Shown in pieces: positions 47,276-57,273 of a stretch of 64,000 nucleotides of DNA. Under the pieces are notes generated by a model that searched no databases, was not told the DNA's origin, and saw only the letters and a list, made by a program, of their open reading frames with translations. Each line of letters opens with the position of its first letter. The first letter of the stretch is position 1. The stretch is from an uncultured Candidatus Binatia bacterium (GTDB lineage: Bacteria; Desulfobacterota; Binatia; UBA9968; JAJDTQ01): NCBI GenBank assembly GCA_965242525.1, contig OZ251459.1:3296001-3360000 (forward strand), in the 5' to 3' direction. The position numbers and the translations under genes were made by a program.

Positions 47276-47821
47276 TTACGCGCTCCGCAGAGAATCAAAT
47301 CGAACTACCCGTCCGACGGAGATGTTGACCGTGATGTCTTCGTGTTCCTCCGTCGAGGTGGATAGCCCACGGCTCGATGTAACCCGTTGCTTGTCGAGCC
47401 TCGGACTGATCTTCTCGCCAATCAGGAAATATCGTGCGTCCACTGACCTGTAGGATTTCAGGCGGCGGTGGATGCGACATACGGAACGAAGGTATTCCAG
47501 GAGCGGCAGCGATCTTCGCAGTTGTTCCATAGGCTTCTTCTCGTCAAGGCTCAATGTACTCTTCAATTCGACGAATATGGCGACGTCCTTGCCGTCAACC
47601 TCGCAAACCAGTAAGTAATCACAGATTTGCATACAATCGCTGTTCTTGAAGCCTTTCTGTAGATGTCCAATCCTATCCATGTCTATCGCAACGACGTCCG
47701 AAGGTATTCCAATCACCTCGACTTCCATTGCTGCTTGACGCTCGCGAAGAATCAGCTTGCCGTCTGTTGGCTGTACCAGGGCCTTGTCAGTCAGGATCTC
47801 CCTGATATGCGCATTCAACAC
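47276..47821 (-). CDS. Hypothetical protein with PD-(D/E)XK-like motif, partner of the ABC ATPase
   Basis: CDYLL...AIFVELKS...EQL; starts 4 bp after the ATPase stop; AT-richer. Confidence 0.65.
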   Translation of the reverse strand: MLNAHIREILTDKALVQPTDGKLILRERQAAMEVEVIGIPSDVVAIDMDRIGHLQKGFKNSDCMQICDYLLVCEVDGKDVAIFVELKSTLSLDEKKPMEQLRRSLPLLEYLRSVCRIHRRLKSYRSVDARYFLIGEKISPRLDKQRVTSSRGLSTSTEEHEDITVNISVGRVVRFDSLRSA

Positions 47822-47825
47822 GGTT

Positions 47826-49271
47826 TCACACCTCGGAATCCTGCGGGAGTCGTGACGACAGATCGTTTGCCGCCTTGTTGATCTCGTCTATGGTCTTGTC
47901 GAAGACCGGCATGTTCACGCCGAACCTGTCCACCTCGCACCTGGTAAGGCCATTGCCCTCCGCCACGTAGGCCCGGATCGAATCCGGGTCGAGGAAGTCG
48001 TCCGCTCCGTATTTGAGCTTACGGATGACTGCATCCTTGTCCGCGAATGACTGGCTCAGCATGACCAGGTTGTTGATCTCCTTGATCAGGTAGTCGCTGT
48101 GGGTGGTGATGAGGACCTTCAGGCCCGCTTTCACGAACCTTGCCAGCAACCGCGCCAAGAGTATCTGGTTGGCGGTATCGAGATGGCTCTCCGGTTCGTC
48201 GATGATGAGGAGGCGCCCCCTACCGGCTGCGTGCCGCAGGAAGAAGTAGAGGTCGGACAATCCGCGCGCCGAAGAGGAAGCGAGATGCAGCGGTATGTTG
48301 AAACTGCGTTTCCTGTCTCGTGTCTTCGATCTGAATCGAATGTCGTCGCCGGAGTTGCTGTAATAGCCCTGCATCATCTCCTTGATGCTGTCGAACAGCT
48401 TCTCTTCGTAAATTTCGCTATTTGCCCCCCGCAGGTCCGGGATGCTTCGAGTGTAGTCGATGTTGTCCTTGATGGGGAGGGCATAACGGCTCGTGGCCTT
48501 GTTCATGAAGAAGAAAGGAGAGACCCTATCTCGACTTTTGTCGTCGCCCAATTTCTGCAACAGATCGACCAGTTGATTCTTGGTGAAGTCGAGCTCCCTG
48601 TAGAAGAGCGAAATGCCGAAGCGCTCAGCAGACAGAATGAACGGTTCGGGAAGATCCCCCGCAAGCAAGAACTGAAAGTAATAGCGCTGGATGTAGTATC
48701 GGAGAAAGGCTAGGGCTTCGCCCTTTATCCTGTCAACGGTTATGACGACGTTATTTCCGTCGTATTCGATGGAGAGAGATCCCTCGTCAGAAGAATTGAC
48801 TCTGATAGAGCGAATATCGTTACGGTTACGCCCGCTGAACTCGACTTCAACGGAAGAACCCTCGAAGTCACCGCCTTGGGAGCTGAAGACACCAGGCAGA
48901 CCTTGCTTCGAGAAAATACGCGCCACCGCCTGGATCAATATCCGGCGCTGCCGGTGGAGGGTCTCCTCGTCCAACGGGAACTCGGCTCGGCCTTCCCGGA
49001 TCATGTCTTCGGCAATGCTCTCGAAGTCAGGGAATTGAGCTTGAGTCTGTTTCCTCGAGAACAGATCGGCCTCAAGCCGCCCTATGCGGCTTTCCAGGAA
49101 TCCTTCCCACATCTTCAGGAACCCATACAGCGAGTACACGATGTACGTCTTGCCGGTGTTGTTGCGGCCGGCGATGACCGTGAGGTCGCCCAACTCCAGG
49201 GCGGCGTCCTCCACCGGTCCAATGTTTCGGAACCGGAACTCGATGGGTTGTGGCTTGTCGGGTTCCCGCAT
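47826..49271 (-). CDS. ABC-type (AAA_15/AAA_21) ATPase
   Basis: NIGPV, GRNNTGKT, SAER, ASSS signature, IIDEPESHL, ITTHSDY. Confidence 0.9.
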   Translation of the reverse strand: MREPDKPQPIEFRFRNIGPVEDAALELGDLTVIAGRNNTGKTYIVYSLYGFLKMWEGFLESRIGRLEADLFSRKQTQAQFPDFESIAEDMIREGRAEFPLDEETLHRQRRILIQAVARIFSKQGLPGVFSSQGGDFEGSSVEVEFSGRNRNDIRSIRVNSSDEGSLSIEYDGNNVVITVDRIKGEALAFLRYYIQRYYFQFLLAGDLPEPFILSAERFGISLFYRELDFTKNQLVDLLQKLGDDKSRDRVSPFFFMNKATSRYALPIKDNIDYTRSIPDLRGANSEIYEEKLFDSIKEMMQGYYSNSGDDIRFRSKTRDRKRSFNIPLHLASSSARGLSDLYFFLRHAAGRGRLLIIDEPESHLDTANQILLARLLARFVKAGLKVLITTHSDYLIKEINNLVMLSQSFADKDAVIRKLKYGADDFLDPDSIRAYVAEGNGLTRCEVDRFGVNMPVFDKTIDEINKAANDLSSRLPQDSEV

Positions 49272-49391
49272 CCTGGCTGGCCTCAGGCGGTGGACTTCAG
49301 GAAGGACACGGAGGTTTTTCCGGCCTTGGACTCTCCATGCGCCGGCAACAGCCGCCGTGGAACGGCCGCGGACGCACAGGAGATCCCCCGG

Positions 49392-50405
49392 TTACCCCTC
49401 CAGTCCCAGGCCGTAGAAGCGGTTGCAGTTGTCGAAGAAGACTTTGCGCTTCTGGGCGTCCGAGATGTCGGTGCGTTCGCGGACTTCACGGGTGGCGTTG
49501 GGCCAGATGGTGTCCCAGTGGGGGTAGTCCGCGGCGAACAGCCACATGTCGTCGCCGAAGCGGTCCATGCAGTAGGGCAGCATGGCGTCGTCCGGGTCGA
49601 AGCTCACGTACACCCGGCCGCCGGTCACGTACTCGCTGGGCTTGGCCTTGAGCAGCGGCGCTTCCTCGCTGCGCCGCTCGTAGTGCTCGTCGATGCGGTC
49701 GAGCCAGTAGGGCAGCCAGCCGCACCCGGCCTCGAAGAAGCCCACCTTCAGGTTCTGGAAGCGCTCCAGCACCCCGGAGGTGAGGATTCCCAAGAACGCC
49801 TGCATGATCTCGAAGGAGAAGCTCACGGTGTGGGCCTGGAGGAAGGTCTCCCAACGGTCCTGGCCCTCCGCGCCCCAGGAGTTGCCGTGGAAGCACACGG
49901 GTATGCCCAGGCGCTCGGCCTCCGCGTACAGGGGCCAGAACTCTTCGGCGCCCAGGTTCTTCTTGTGGCCGTGGGTGTGGAGCATCACGCCCGGGTGGCT
50001 CCACTTGTTGACCGCGCGGTCGAGCTCCTCCACGGCCGCGGGCACGTCCTTCAGGGATACGGTGGCAACGCCCTTCATGCGCGGGTTCTGCTGCTGTATC
50101 TCGCCGATGTAGTCGTTCCAGGCGCGGGCCAAGGCCTTCTGGAGGTCGCTCTGGGGCACGAGGCAGAGGTTCAACCCCATGGTCGGATAGGTGACCGTGA
50201 GTTGGATGCCCTCCACGTCCATGTCCTCGAGGTAGCCGTCCATCCCGATGGTCTGCTTGCCCATGCGTCCGAGGAAACGGTCCCAGCAGTCGCTGGGAAA
50301 GATCCCCTGGCGGACGCGCCGGAACTCCTCCGGTATGCGCGAGCGGTAGTCGTCTGCGGTCTCACGGATGTGCGAGTCGGAATCCAGCACGGGATATGCG
50401 GCCAT
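49392..50405 (-). CDS. Amidohydrolase_2 family protein
   Basis: LDSDSH, FWPLY.EAE, GVLERF..LK..FFEAG, ADYPH.D. Confidence 0.88.
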   Translation of the reverse strand: MAAYPVLDSDSHIRETADDYRSRIPEEFRRVRQGIFPSDCWDRFLGRMGKQTIGMDGYLEDMDVEGIQLTVTYPTMGLNLCLVPQSDLQKALARAWNDYIGEIQQQNPRMKGVATVSLKDVPAAVEELDRAVNKWSHPGVMLHTHGHKKNLGAEEFWPLYAEAERLGIPVCFHGNSWGAEGQDRWETFLQAHTVSFSFEIMQAFLGILTSGVLERFQNLKVGFFEAGCGWLPYWLDRIDEHYERRSEEAPLLKAKPSEYVTGGRVYVSFDPDDAMLPYCMDRFGDDMWLFAADYPHWDTIWPNATREVRERTDISDAQKRKVFFDNCNRFYGLGLEG

Positions 50406-50495
50406 ACGGGTTCACCTCCACGGACAGGGGTTGATAGCAGTGTCCATACGGCAAGACGCCGCCCCGTGTCAACGTCGGCGGGACGGCCGGGGCCG

Positions 50496-50843
50496 TCACC
50501 CGGCGGGGCGGTAGAGCCGGTCGGTCTTCGCGGCCATGATGAAGTCGTTGCGGTGCAGGTTGCGGATCTTGTGGGTCCACCAAGTGACGCGGACCCGGCC
50601 CCATTCGGTGACGATGCGCGGGTGGTGGCCCTCGGCCTCGGCCACGCCGCCCACCGCGGCGCTGAAGGCCAGGGCCTGGGCGAAGTCCTCGAACCGGAAG
50701 AGCCGATCCAGCTTGGGGACCCCGTCCTCCTCGACCACGGCCCACTCGGGGGTCTGGGGCTCGAACTCCCGGATATCTTCCGGGGTGACCGCCGGGGCGT
50801 CCGCCCGGCACGCGACGCATTTCTCTTCGGTCAACCGGCTCAT
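50496..50843 (-). CDS. phhB: Pterin-4-alpha-carbinolamine dehydratase
   Basis: CVAC, AEAEGHHP, WWTHKI..LH.NDFIMAAKTD. Confidence 0.92.
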   Translation of the reverse strand: MSRLTEEKCVACRADAPAVTPEDIREFEPQTPEWAVVEEDGVPKLDRLFRFEDFAQALAFSAAVGGVAEAEGHHPRIVTEWGRVRVTWWTHKIRNLHRNDFIMAAKTDRLYRPAG

Positions 50844-50916
50844 GGCCTGTCCTCCGTCCGGCGTGGGTCCACGGGTATCGACTCGACCGGGGCGGCGCTT
50901 CTCCTGCGGCCCCCGG

Positions 50917-51483
50917 TCACGACTCCGCCAGCGCCTTGCGGAAACGGTCCCGGCGCTCGGTGTCGTACAGGCGGCGGAAGTTCTCCGGGTAGTCCTCTCC
51001 CGGCTCCACCTTGAGATCCACCATGATGGGACCGTCTTCCCTGAGCAGGGCGTCGAGGCTCCGGTCCCATTCCTCCACGTCGTCGAACGTGTAGGTCCCG
51101 GCGTAGCCGGCTTCCCGGGCCAGGCCGGTGAAGGTGAAGCCGCCCCGGTGCGGGATGGGGACGGCGCCGTTGGTCTCGTAGGTGCCGTTCTCGCACACGC
51201 AGTGCACCAGGTTCCTGGGCGCGGCGTTGGCGATGGTGACGATGCTGCCCAGATTCATGAGCAGGCTGCCGTCTCCGTCCAGCACCACCACCCGCTTGTC
51301 GGGCCGGCCCAGGGCCAAGCCCAGGGCGTGGGACGAACCCTGTCCCATGGCGCCGGTGAACGTGTAGTTGAGGTCATGGGGCGCGATGTGGACCCATTCG
51401 TTGGCCGCCTTGTACACCGCCACCACGATCTCGTCGGTTCGGTGGCGCGCCAGCGCCTTGAGGCACTCGTCTCGTTTCATCAT
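50917..51483 (-). CDS. TPP-dependent decarboxylase beta subunit (ComE/phosphonopyruvate-decarboxylase-like)
   Basis: GAMG, LGLAL, DGDGSLLMNLG, NGTYE. Confidence 0.85.
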   Translation of the reverse strand: MMKRDECLKALARHRTDEIVVAVYKAANEWVHIAPHDLNYTFTGAMGQGSSHALGLALGRPDKRVVVLDGDGSLLMNLGSIVTIANAAPRNLVHCVCENGTYETNGAVPIPHRGGFTFTGLAREAGYAGTYTFDDVEEWDRSLDALLREDGPIMVDLKVEPGEDYPENFRRLYDTERRDRFRKALAES

Positions 51484-51485
51484 GG

Positions 51486-52007
51486 TCAGATGGGCTCCCG
51501 TCCGATGAGCATGACCACCGGTCTCGACTCCGCATACGCCTGCTCCACCGCAGGCGCCACCTTGTCCACCTCGTGGGGCGCCTCGATGAGGTGGTGCTCC
51601 ACCTGCATGGCGTCCAGCACCGGCTCGACGATGCGCAGACCGTAGCGCTTGGACTGGGTGGGCGGCACCCCGGGCTCCTTTTGGAGCATCCCCACCATCA
51701 TGCACACCGGATTCCTTCCCTCCATGGCCACGCCGCGAACGGCGTTGATGGAGTCCAGCAGGCCCGTGTACTGCATCAGCAGCAGCGCCCGGTGCCCCGC
51801 GGAATAGAGGCCGCTGCAAATGGACACACCCTCGTCTTCCTTGCACACCTGCACCACCCGGAAATCGGGGTCCTTGAGCATGGTCTTCAGCACGCCCTCG
51901 CTGGTGGTGCGGTCCGGCAACGCCACGATGAACCGGATGCCGGCGCGCTTGATCTCCCGGATCAGGTCACGGGCCTTGAGCCTGTCGGCGTCGTTGTCTC
52001 CGGCCAC
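51486..52007 (-). CDS. TPP-dependent decarboxylase alpha subunit (ComD-like)
   Basis: ALPD, KEDEGVSICSG, LMQYTG; GTG start after AGGAGG. Confidence 0.8.
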   Translation of the reverse strand: MAGDNDADRLKARDLIREIKRAGIRFIVALPDRTTSEGVLKTMLKDPDFRVVQVCKEDEGVSICSGLYSAGHRALLLMQYTGLLDSINAVRGVAMEGRNPVCMMVGMLQKEPGVPPTQSKRYGLRIVEPVLDAMQVEHHLIEAPHEVDKVAPAVEQAYAESRPVVMLIGREPI

Positions 52008-52136
52008 GCCTTTCCTCCTTCCGTCCTCTTCGGTGCGGCGTCCATGCGCGTTCGCACCGGGTCTCCGCCATCCGACCTCTATACTATGGCGCTCCCTCCG
52101 AGGAAAGGCTTGGGGAACCCCAAAGAAAGCACTGGA

Positions 52137-52188
52137 TGGATTCCCGCTTTCGCGGGAATGACGGGGTGTGGGCGTCTGCAGGAATGAC
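52137..52188. repeat. CGTC-type palindrome TGGATTCCCGCTTTCGCGGGAATGACG plus partial unit
   Basis: Exact match to the family-2 core. Confidence 0.85.
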
Positions 52189-52405
52189 AAGGTTTGTTAC
52201 GAAAGCACGTTAACCGAGAAGACCCCATTGGGATCATGCGCACAATGCGTCTTCGGTCAAGTCCGATTACCTGCGGATCGGACGTCATGCAACGCTGTCG
52301 CTGGCCCCCGCGAGCCTCATGCCCGCTGCCGTAGGCCTGACGCACGATCTCTCGTCACGGTCCGCGGTATGGGGAGAAGCCTCATCCGCGGCGAGGACCC
52401 GGACG

Positions 52406-53215
52406 CTACCGCCCCTGCCACACGGGCGGGCGTTTTTCGACGAAGGCTCGCGGGCCTTCCCTGCTGTCGTCGGTGGTGAGGACGAGGGTGGCGAGGTCGG
52501 ACTCCAGCCGCAGCGCCTGCTCCAACGGCAGGTCTGCGCCCTTGTGGACGGATTCCTTGATGTACCTCAAGGCCAGAGGCGCACCCCTGGCGAAGGACGC
52601 GGCCATCTCCCGGCCCGCTTTCGGCAGTTCGCCGCCAGATACCAGCTTGTTCACGAGCCCGATGCGGTAGGCTTCCCGAGCGTCCAGGAGTTCCCCGGAG
52701 AGGCAGACCTCCAGCGCCTTGGCGATCCCCACGATGCGGGCGAGCCGTTGGGTCCCGCCGGACCCGGGCATGAAGCCCATGCGGACCTCGGTGACGCCCA
52801 GCCGGGCGTCGTCCGCGGCGATGCGCACGTCGCAAGCCATGGCGATCAACAGGCCGGCGCCCACCACGTAGCCGTGCAGCAGCGCGATGGTGGGTTTCTG
52901 CACCGAGGCCACCGCGTCCATGGGCGAGTGGGCGCCCGGCGTCTGCCGGGCCTGCCGGACTTCCAGCGGAGACGCCGCGCCCGCGTCGGCGTTGCGGCGC
53001 GCTCGCTCCTTCAGGTCGCCGCCCACGGAAAAAGCCTTCTCGCCGGCGCCCCGGAAGAGGACCACCCGGACGTTCCCGTCCGACTGGGCCCGGTTGCAGC
53101 ATTCCATCAGGCGCTGCCGCATGTCCTCGTTGATGGCGTTCATCGCCTCCGGGCGATTCAGCGTGATCCACGCCGTCTGCTCCTCGACCTCGTACAGGAC
53201 CATTTCGTCGTTCAT
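52406..53215 (-). CDS. Enoyl-CoA hydratase/isomerase family protein
   Basis: LNRPEAMNA, AFSVGGDL, ACDVRIA, PGSGGTQRL, AFVEKRPP. Confidence 0.92.
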   Translation of the reverse strand: MNDEMVLYEVEEQTAWITLNRPEAMNAINEDMRQRLMECCNRAQSDGNVRVVLFRGAGEKAFSVGGDLKERARRNADAGAASPLEVRQARQTPGAHSPMDAVASVQKPTIALLHGYVVGAGLLIAMACDVRIAADDARLGVTEVRMGFMPGSGGTQRLARIVGIAKALEVCLSGELLDAREAYRIGLVNKLVSGGELPKAGREMAASFARGAPLALRYIKESVHKGADLPLEQALRLESDLATLVLTTDDSREGPRAFVEKRPPVWQGR

Positions 53216-53253
53216 CGGCTACCCCCGCGCATCTTCATGGCGTCTTCACGAAC

Positions 53254-54249
53254 TCACGGACGTTGCGCGAGCCGATAGACCCGCGCCGCGGTGTCGTGGA
53301 ACAGCGCGTTGCGTTCCGCGTCCGTGTACCCTCGGGCGACGATCTCGAAAGCGTTCCAGACAACCGCGTAGGAGCACGACACCCGCTCCACCGGGAAGTT
53401 GCTCTCGAACATGCAGCGGTCCGGGCCGAACCGCTCGATGCAGAAGTCGAAGTACGGTCGCATGGCCTCCGCGATCTCTGCGGACCCGGGTCCCTCCGTG
53501 CGCTCATGCCAGTCGTAGCCCGAACGGAGGGAGCCGAGGCCGCCCAGCTTCAGCGCCACGTTGGGGCACGACGACAGGTCCGCCATGGCCGTGCTCCATG
53601 CCCGGAAGACCTCGTTCCGCTTGCCCTCGTAGGGTCCCAGACCCAGGGGTCCGCCCACGTGGTCGAGGACGAAGGCGAGGCCGGGAACGGCGCGCGCGGC
53701 CTCCGTGAGCTCGGGGACCTGCGGGTGGTAGAGCCAGGCGTCGAAGCTCAGGCCGAGGCGTTGCAGGCGCGCCAGCCCCTTGCGGACCTTCGGGTCCTGG
53801 AGCATACCGGCCCGGGCCACGCTTCGGAACGAGCCGGAGGCGTCCCACATGGTCGAGTAGCGGATGCCGCGCAAGCGCGCGGGGCTCGCCTCCAGGTGCG
53901 CTTCCAGCACGCGGTCCACCGCGTCGCCCAGGGCGAGGTCGGCGTAGCCCACGATGCCGGCCGCTACCGCGGCGGCCGTCTCCGCGCGCTCGTTCTCCGC
54001 GGCGACCCGCTCCAGGAACTCCGTCTCCCCCACCGGCCGCAACTCCGGTGGGCCGGCGCCGCGGTACATGGCGCCGCATTCCACCGCCACGCTCGACACG
54101 ATGCGGTGGCCGCCGCCCGCGTCGCGCAGGAAGTCGGCCAGCAGGTACGGGTTGTCGGGGCGGCGCCACAGGTGGTGGTGCGGGTCGCAGATGGCGAGGC
54201 CGGGATCCAGCGGGGCTTCGTCCACGGCGCCGCTGGCGGCGTCGGTCAT
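53254..54249 (-). CDS. Amidohydrolase family lactonase-like protein
   Basis: CDPHHHLW, PVGETEF, SFDAW, LDHVG, FGPDRCMFESNFP. Confidence 0.88.
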   Translation of the reverse strand: MTDAASGAVDEAPLDPGLAICDPHHHLWRRPDNPYLLADFLRDAGGGHRIVSSVAVECGAMYRGAGPPELRPVGETEFLERVAAENERAETAAAVAAGIVGYADLALGDAVDRVLEAHLEASPARLRGIRYSTMWDASGSFRSVARAGMLQDPKVRKGLARLQRLGLSFDAWLYHPQVPELTEAARAVPGLAFVLDHVGGPLGLGPYEGKRNEVFRAWSTAMADLSSCPNVALKLGGLGSLRSGYDWHERTEGPGSAEIAEAMRPYFDFCIERFGPDRCMFESNFPVERVSCSYAVVWNAFEIVARGYTDAERNALFHDTAARVYRLAQRP

Positions 54250-54508
54250 GGTGGCCCACCGCGGCTGACGGTTGCTCGTACTGTGCTTTGGAGTCTGGTA
54301 CACAAGGGTCTGCCCTCGACGGACGAGCCGACCCCGGCTGAGGAGGTCCCGTGGATTTCGCGTTGGCCCATTGCCCTGTCCGGTCCCTGTCCCGGGGCGC
54401 CGCCACGGAATATCGAGAAGGCGCGCCGGTTGTCAACCGCGGCGCGCTGCGCTCCTGAACCCTCATCGGGGTTGCCATGAACGAAGCCTCGGACAAAATT
54501 TGAATTAA

Positions 54509-54676
54509 GGAACCTCTGAACAATCGGGATAGAGGGCATGAGCGCGTCCTTCGACTTCGCTTCGCTACGCTCAGGATGAACGGAGGACTCCGTTTGCGCT
54601 ACGCTCAGGATGAACGGGGATAGGAGTGTCAGGGTGAGGGAATCCATCCTGGACGTCTTGATTGTTCAGGGGTTCC
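54509..54676. mobile_element. Family-1 MITE
   Basis: GGAACCTCTGAACAATC...GATTGTTCAGGGGTTCC with two REP units. Confidence 0.85.
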
Positions 54677-54709
54677 TGTAGGAAAAAGGGCAAGAAACGA
54701 GGAAACGCC

Positions 54710-55813
54710 ATGCCGACGAAATCCCGCGCCGCAGTCTTGGTGGAATCGCGCAAGCCCCTGGTGGTGGACGAGGTGATCCTCCCGGACCCGGCGCCGGACC
54801 AGGTCCTGGTGAAGCTGTTCGCCAGCGGCATCTGCCACTCCCAGCTCCACCAGATCCGGCGTTCGCCCGAGGAGCAGCGGTCGAAGCTGCCTGCGCTGCT
54901 GGGCCACGAGTCCACCGGCGTGGTGGCGGCCAAGGGCCGGGACGTCACCCACGTCAAGGAGGGCGACCGGGTCTTCACCACCTGGATCGACCGCAACGCC
55001 CCCGAGTCGCCGCTGCCGCCGGTCTCCCACGCCCTCAACCAGCGACCGCCCATCCCGGCCACCTGGCGGGGCCGGTCCATCTGGGCCTCGGCGTCCACCT
55101 GGGCCGAGCACCTCGTTGCGTCCGAGCGCGTGGTGGTGCCCATGGACGACGACGTGGACACGGAGGTCACCTCCATCATCGGCTGCGCGGTCATCACCGG
55201 GTCGGGAGCCATCCTCAACACGCTCCGGGTCCGCCCGGGCCAGTCGGTGGCGGTTTACGGCGTGGGCGGCATCGGCATGTGCGCCATCTCGGCTGCCGCG
55301 GTGGTGGACGCCCATCCGCTGGTCGCGGTGGACGTGGACGACGAGAAGCTCGCGTTCGCCAGGCGCTTCGGCGCCTCCCACGGGGTGAACGCCGCCCAGG
55401 GGGACCCGGTGGAGACGATCACCGAACTCACCCGCGGCGGCGCGGACTACGCCCTGGACGCGGTGGGCCATCCCGCCACCCAGGAGCAGATCCTGCGCTC
55501 GGTGCGCACCGGGGCTCCCGGGCTCCAGCGCGGCGGCACCGCCCTGTTGATCGGCCTGCCGCCCTCCGGCGCGACCCCGCTCATCAACACCAACCTGTTC
55601 GCCGGCGGGCGCTACTTCACCCGCACCCACGGCGGCGACTGCCGGCCGGACCGGGACTTCCCCACGTTCGTCCGCTGGTACCGGGAGGGGCGGCTGAAGC
55701 TCGACGAACTGGTGACGCGCCGTTACACCCTGGACCAGGTCAACGAGGCAGTGGCCGACCTGGAGGAAGGGAAGATCCTGGGCCGGGCCATCTTCACCTA
55801 TGGGAACCCCTGA
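54710..55813 (+). CDS. Zn-dependent alcohol dehydrogenase (MDR)
   Basis: GICHSQ, LLGHE, GDRV, GCAVITG, GVGGIG. Confidence 0.9.
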   Translation: MPTKSRAAVLVESRKPLVVDEVILPDPAPDQVLVKLFASGICHSQLHQIRRSPEEQRSKLPALLGHESTGVVAAKGRDVTHVKEGDRVFTTWIDRNAPESPLPPVSHALNQRPPIPATWRGRSIWASASTWAEHLVASERVVVPMDDDVDTEVTSIIGCAVITGSGAILNTLRVRPGQSVAVYGVGGIGMCAISAAAVVDAHPLVAVDVDDEKLAFARRFGASHGVNAAQGDPVETITELTRGGADYALDAVGHPATQEQILRSVRTGAPGLQRGGTALLIGLPPSGATPLINTNLFAGGRYFTRTHGGDCRPDRDFPTFVRWYREGRLKLDELVTRRYTLDQVNEAVADLEEGKILGRAIFTYGNP

Positions 55814-56009
55814 ACGATTGCCCCCGTTCGTCCTGAGCGTAGCGAAGTCGAAGGACGCGCCCATGCCCCCTCTCCCGATTCTTCAGGGGTTCCGAAAGTG
55901 GATTCCCGCCCCCGCTTCCGCGAGGACAGGCTTTCGCGGGAATGACGGGGATGGGCTTTCGCAGGAAGGACGCGCTCATGTCCTCCTGTCCTGATCGTTC
56001 AGAGTTTCC
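55803..56009. mobile_element. Composite of a family-1 MITE and a family-2 palindrome
   Basis: MITE 55803-55893, GGATTCCCGC..GCGGGAATGACG at ~55900-55947, then a second family-1 right end at 56009. Confidence 0.7.
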
Positions 56010-56069
56010 CATGCGTGAGGGAGGCGCGGCGCCCGCGTCCCGCTCATGGACGGCCACGGAGGACGGCTC

Positions 56070-57107
56070 ATGTACATCGACTGCGACACCCACTATTTCC
56101 CGGTGAGGTTCCTGGAGGGCATCGGCGAGCGGTACCCCGAGTCGCCCCGGGTGGTGCGCGACGGCGACGAGGTCAAGTCGGTGCTGCCGGACGGCACCCT
56201 CATCAAGAACCAGGCGCCCAAGGGCCGCTGGGACCTGGACGTGCGCGTGCGGCAAGCCGACTTCGAGGGGTTCGACAAGCACGTGCTCATACCGGAGAAC
56301 CGGGAGCTGCTGTACACCTGGGACCGGGACCTGGGGTGCGAGCTGGCCCGGCGCTACAACGACGCGGTGGCCCGGGACCTGGAGGAATGCGCCCATCCGG
56401 AACGCTACATCGGCGTGGGCTGGGTGTTCCTGCCGGACGTGGAAGAGTCCTGCAGGGAGCTGGAGCGGATGGTCCGCACCCTGGGACTCGAGGCGGTGAA
56501 GTTCATGGGCGGCTTCGAGGACGCCAACCTCGGGGCGGAGCGGCTCTGGCCGTTCTACGACAAGGCGTGCCAACTCGACGTCCCCATCCTGGTGCACGAC
56601 ACCGCGTCCGACCGCCAGGGCCACCCCAACCCGGCCCTGGTGGGCATCGAGCAACTGTTCCTGGAAGCCGACGACAACGCCCTGCCGTTCCTGCTGGCGT
56701 TCCCCTTCCGCTACATCGTCGATATGGGAAGCCTGATCCTGCGCGGTGCGCTGAAGGAGTTCCCCAAGCTCCGGATCTGCTTCGTGGAAGGCTCCGCCGC
56801 CTTCGTGCCCTGGCTGATGAACCGGCTGGACATGGACCCCAACGGCCGCCGGAAGCTCGGCAAGGCCCCCAGCGAGTTCTTCGGCCAGATATGGGTGTCG
56901 GCCTTTGCCGCGGAGACCTCCATCCGCTACGCCTGCGACTTCTGGAAGGACCACAACCTCACCGTGGGCAGCGACTACCCCCACAACGACCCTTCGGGCA
57001 CCTGGAAGGAAGGCACCGTCCGCATGGTCCGGGAGCTCGACGGCATATCCGACGAGGACAAGGAGAAGATCCTCGGCGGCAACGCCATGCGCCTGTTCGC
57101 CATGTAG
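56070..57107 (+). CDS. Amidohydrolase_2 family protein
   Basis: IDCDTH, LWPFY, PILVH, GSDYPH.D, ILGGNA. Confidence 0.88.
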   Translation: MYIDCDTHYFPVRFLEGIGERYPESPRVVRDGDEVKSVLPDGTLIKNQAPKGRWDLDVRVRQADFEGFDKHVLIPENRELLYTWDRDLGCELARRYNDAVARDLEECAHPERYIGVGWVFLPDVEESCRELERMVRTLGLEAVKFMGGFEDANLGAERLWPFYDKACQLDVPILVHDTASDRQGHPNPALVGIEQLFLEADDNALPFLLAFPFRYIVDMGSLILRGALKEFPKLRICFVEGSAAFVPWLMNRLDMDPNGRRKLGKAPSEFFGQIWVSAFAAETSIRYACDFWKDHNLTVGSDYPHNDPSGTWKEGTVRMVRELDGISDEDKEKILGGNAMRLFAM

Positions 57108-57273
57108 CAGGCGAAAGGGAACGCGCCCGGAAGGCAGCGCGGTCCGTTGGGTGGAGCCGCGGGTTCGCGCCCCGGGTTCGCGCCTTGCCATCCGCCCTGC
57201 CATTGGGATAAGAGAAGCGGCAGAACCGCGCGCGGAGGCGCGTCCTCCAAGACCGCAAGGGGAGTACCAGCCC

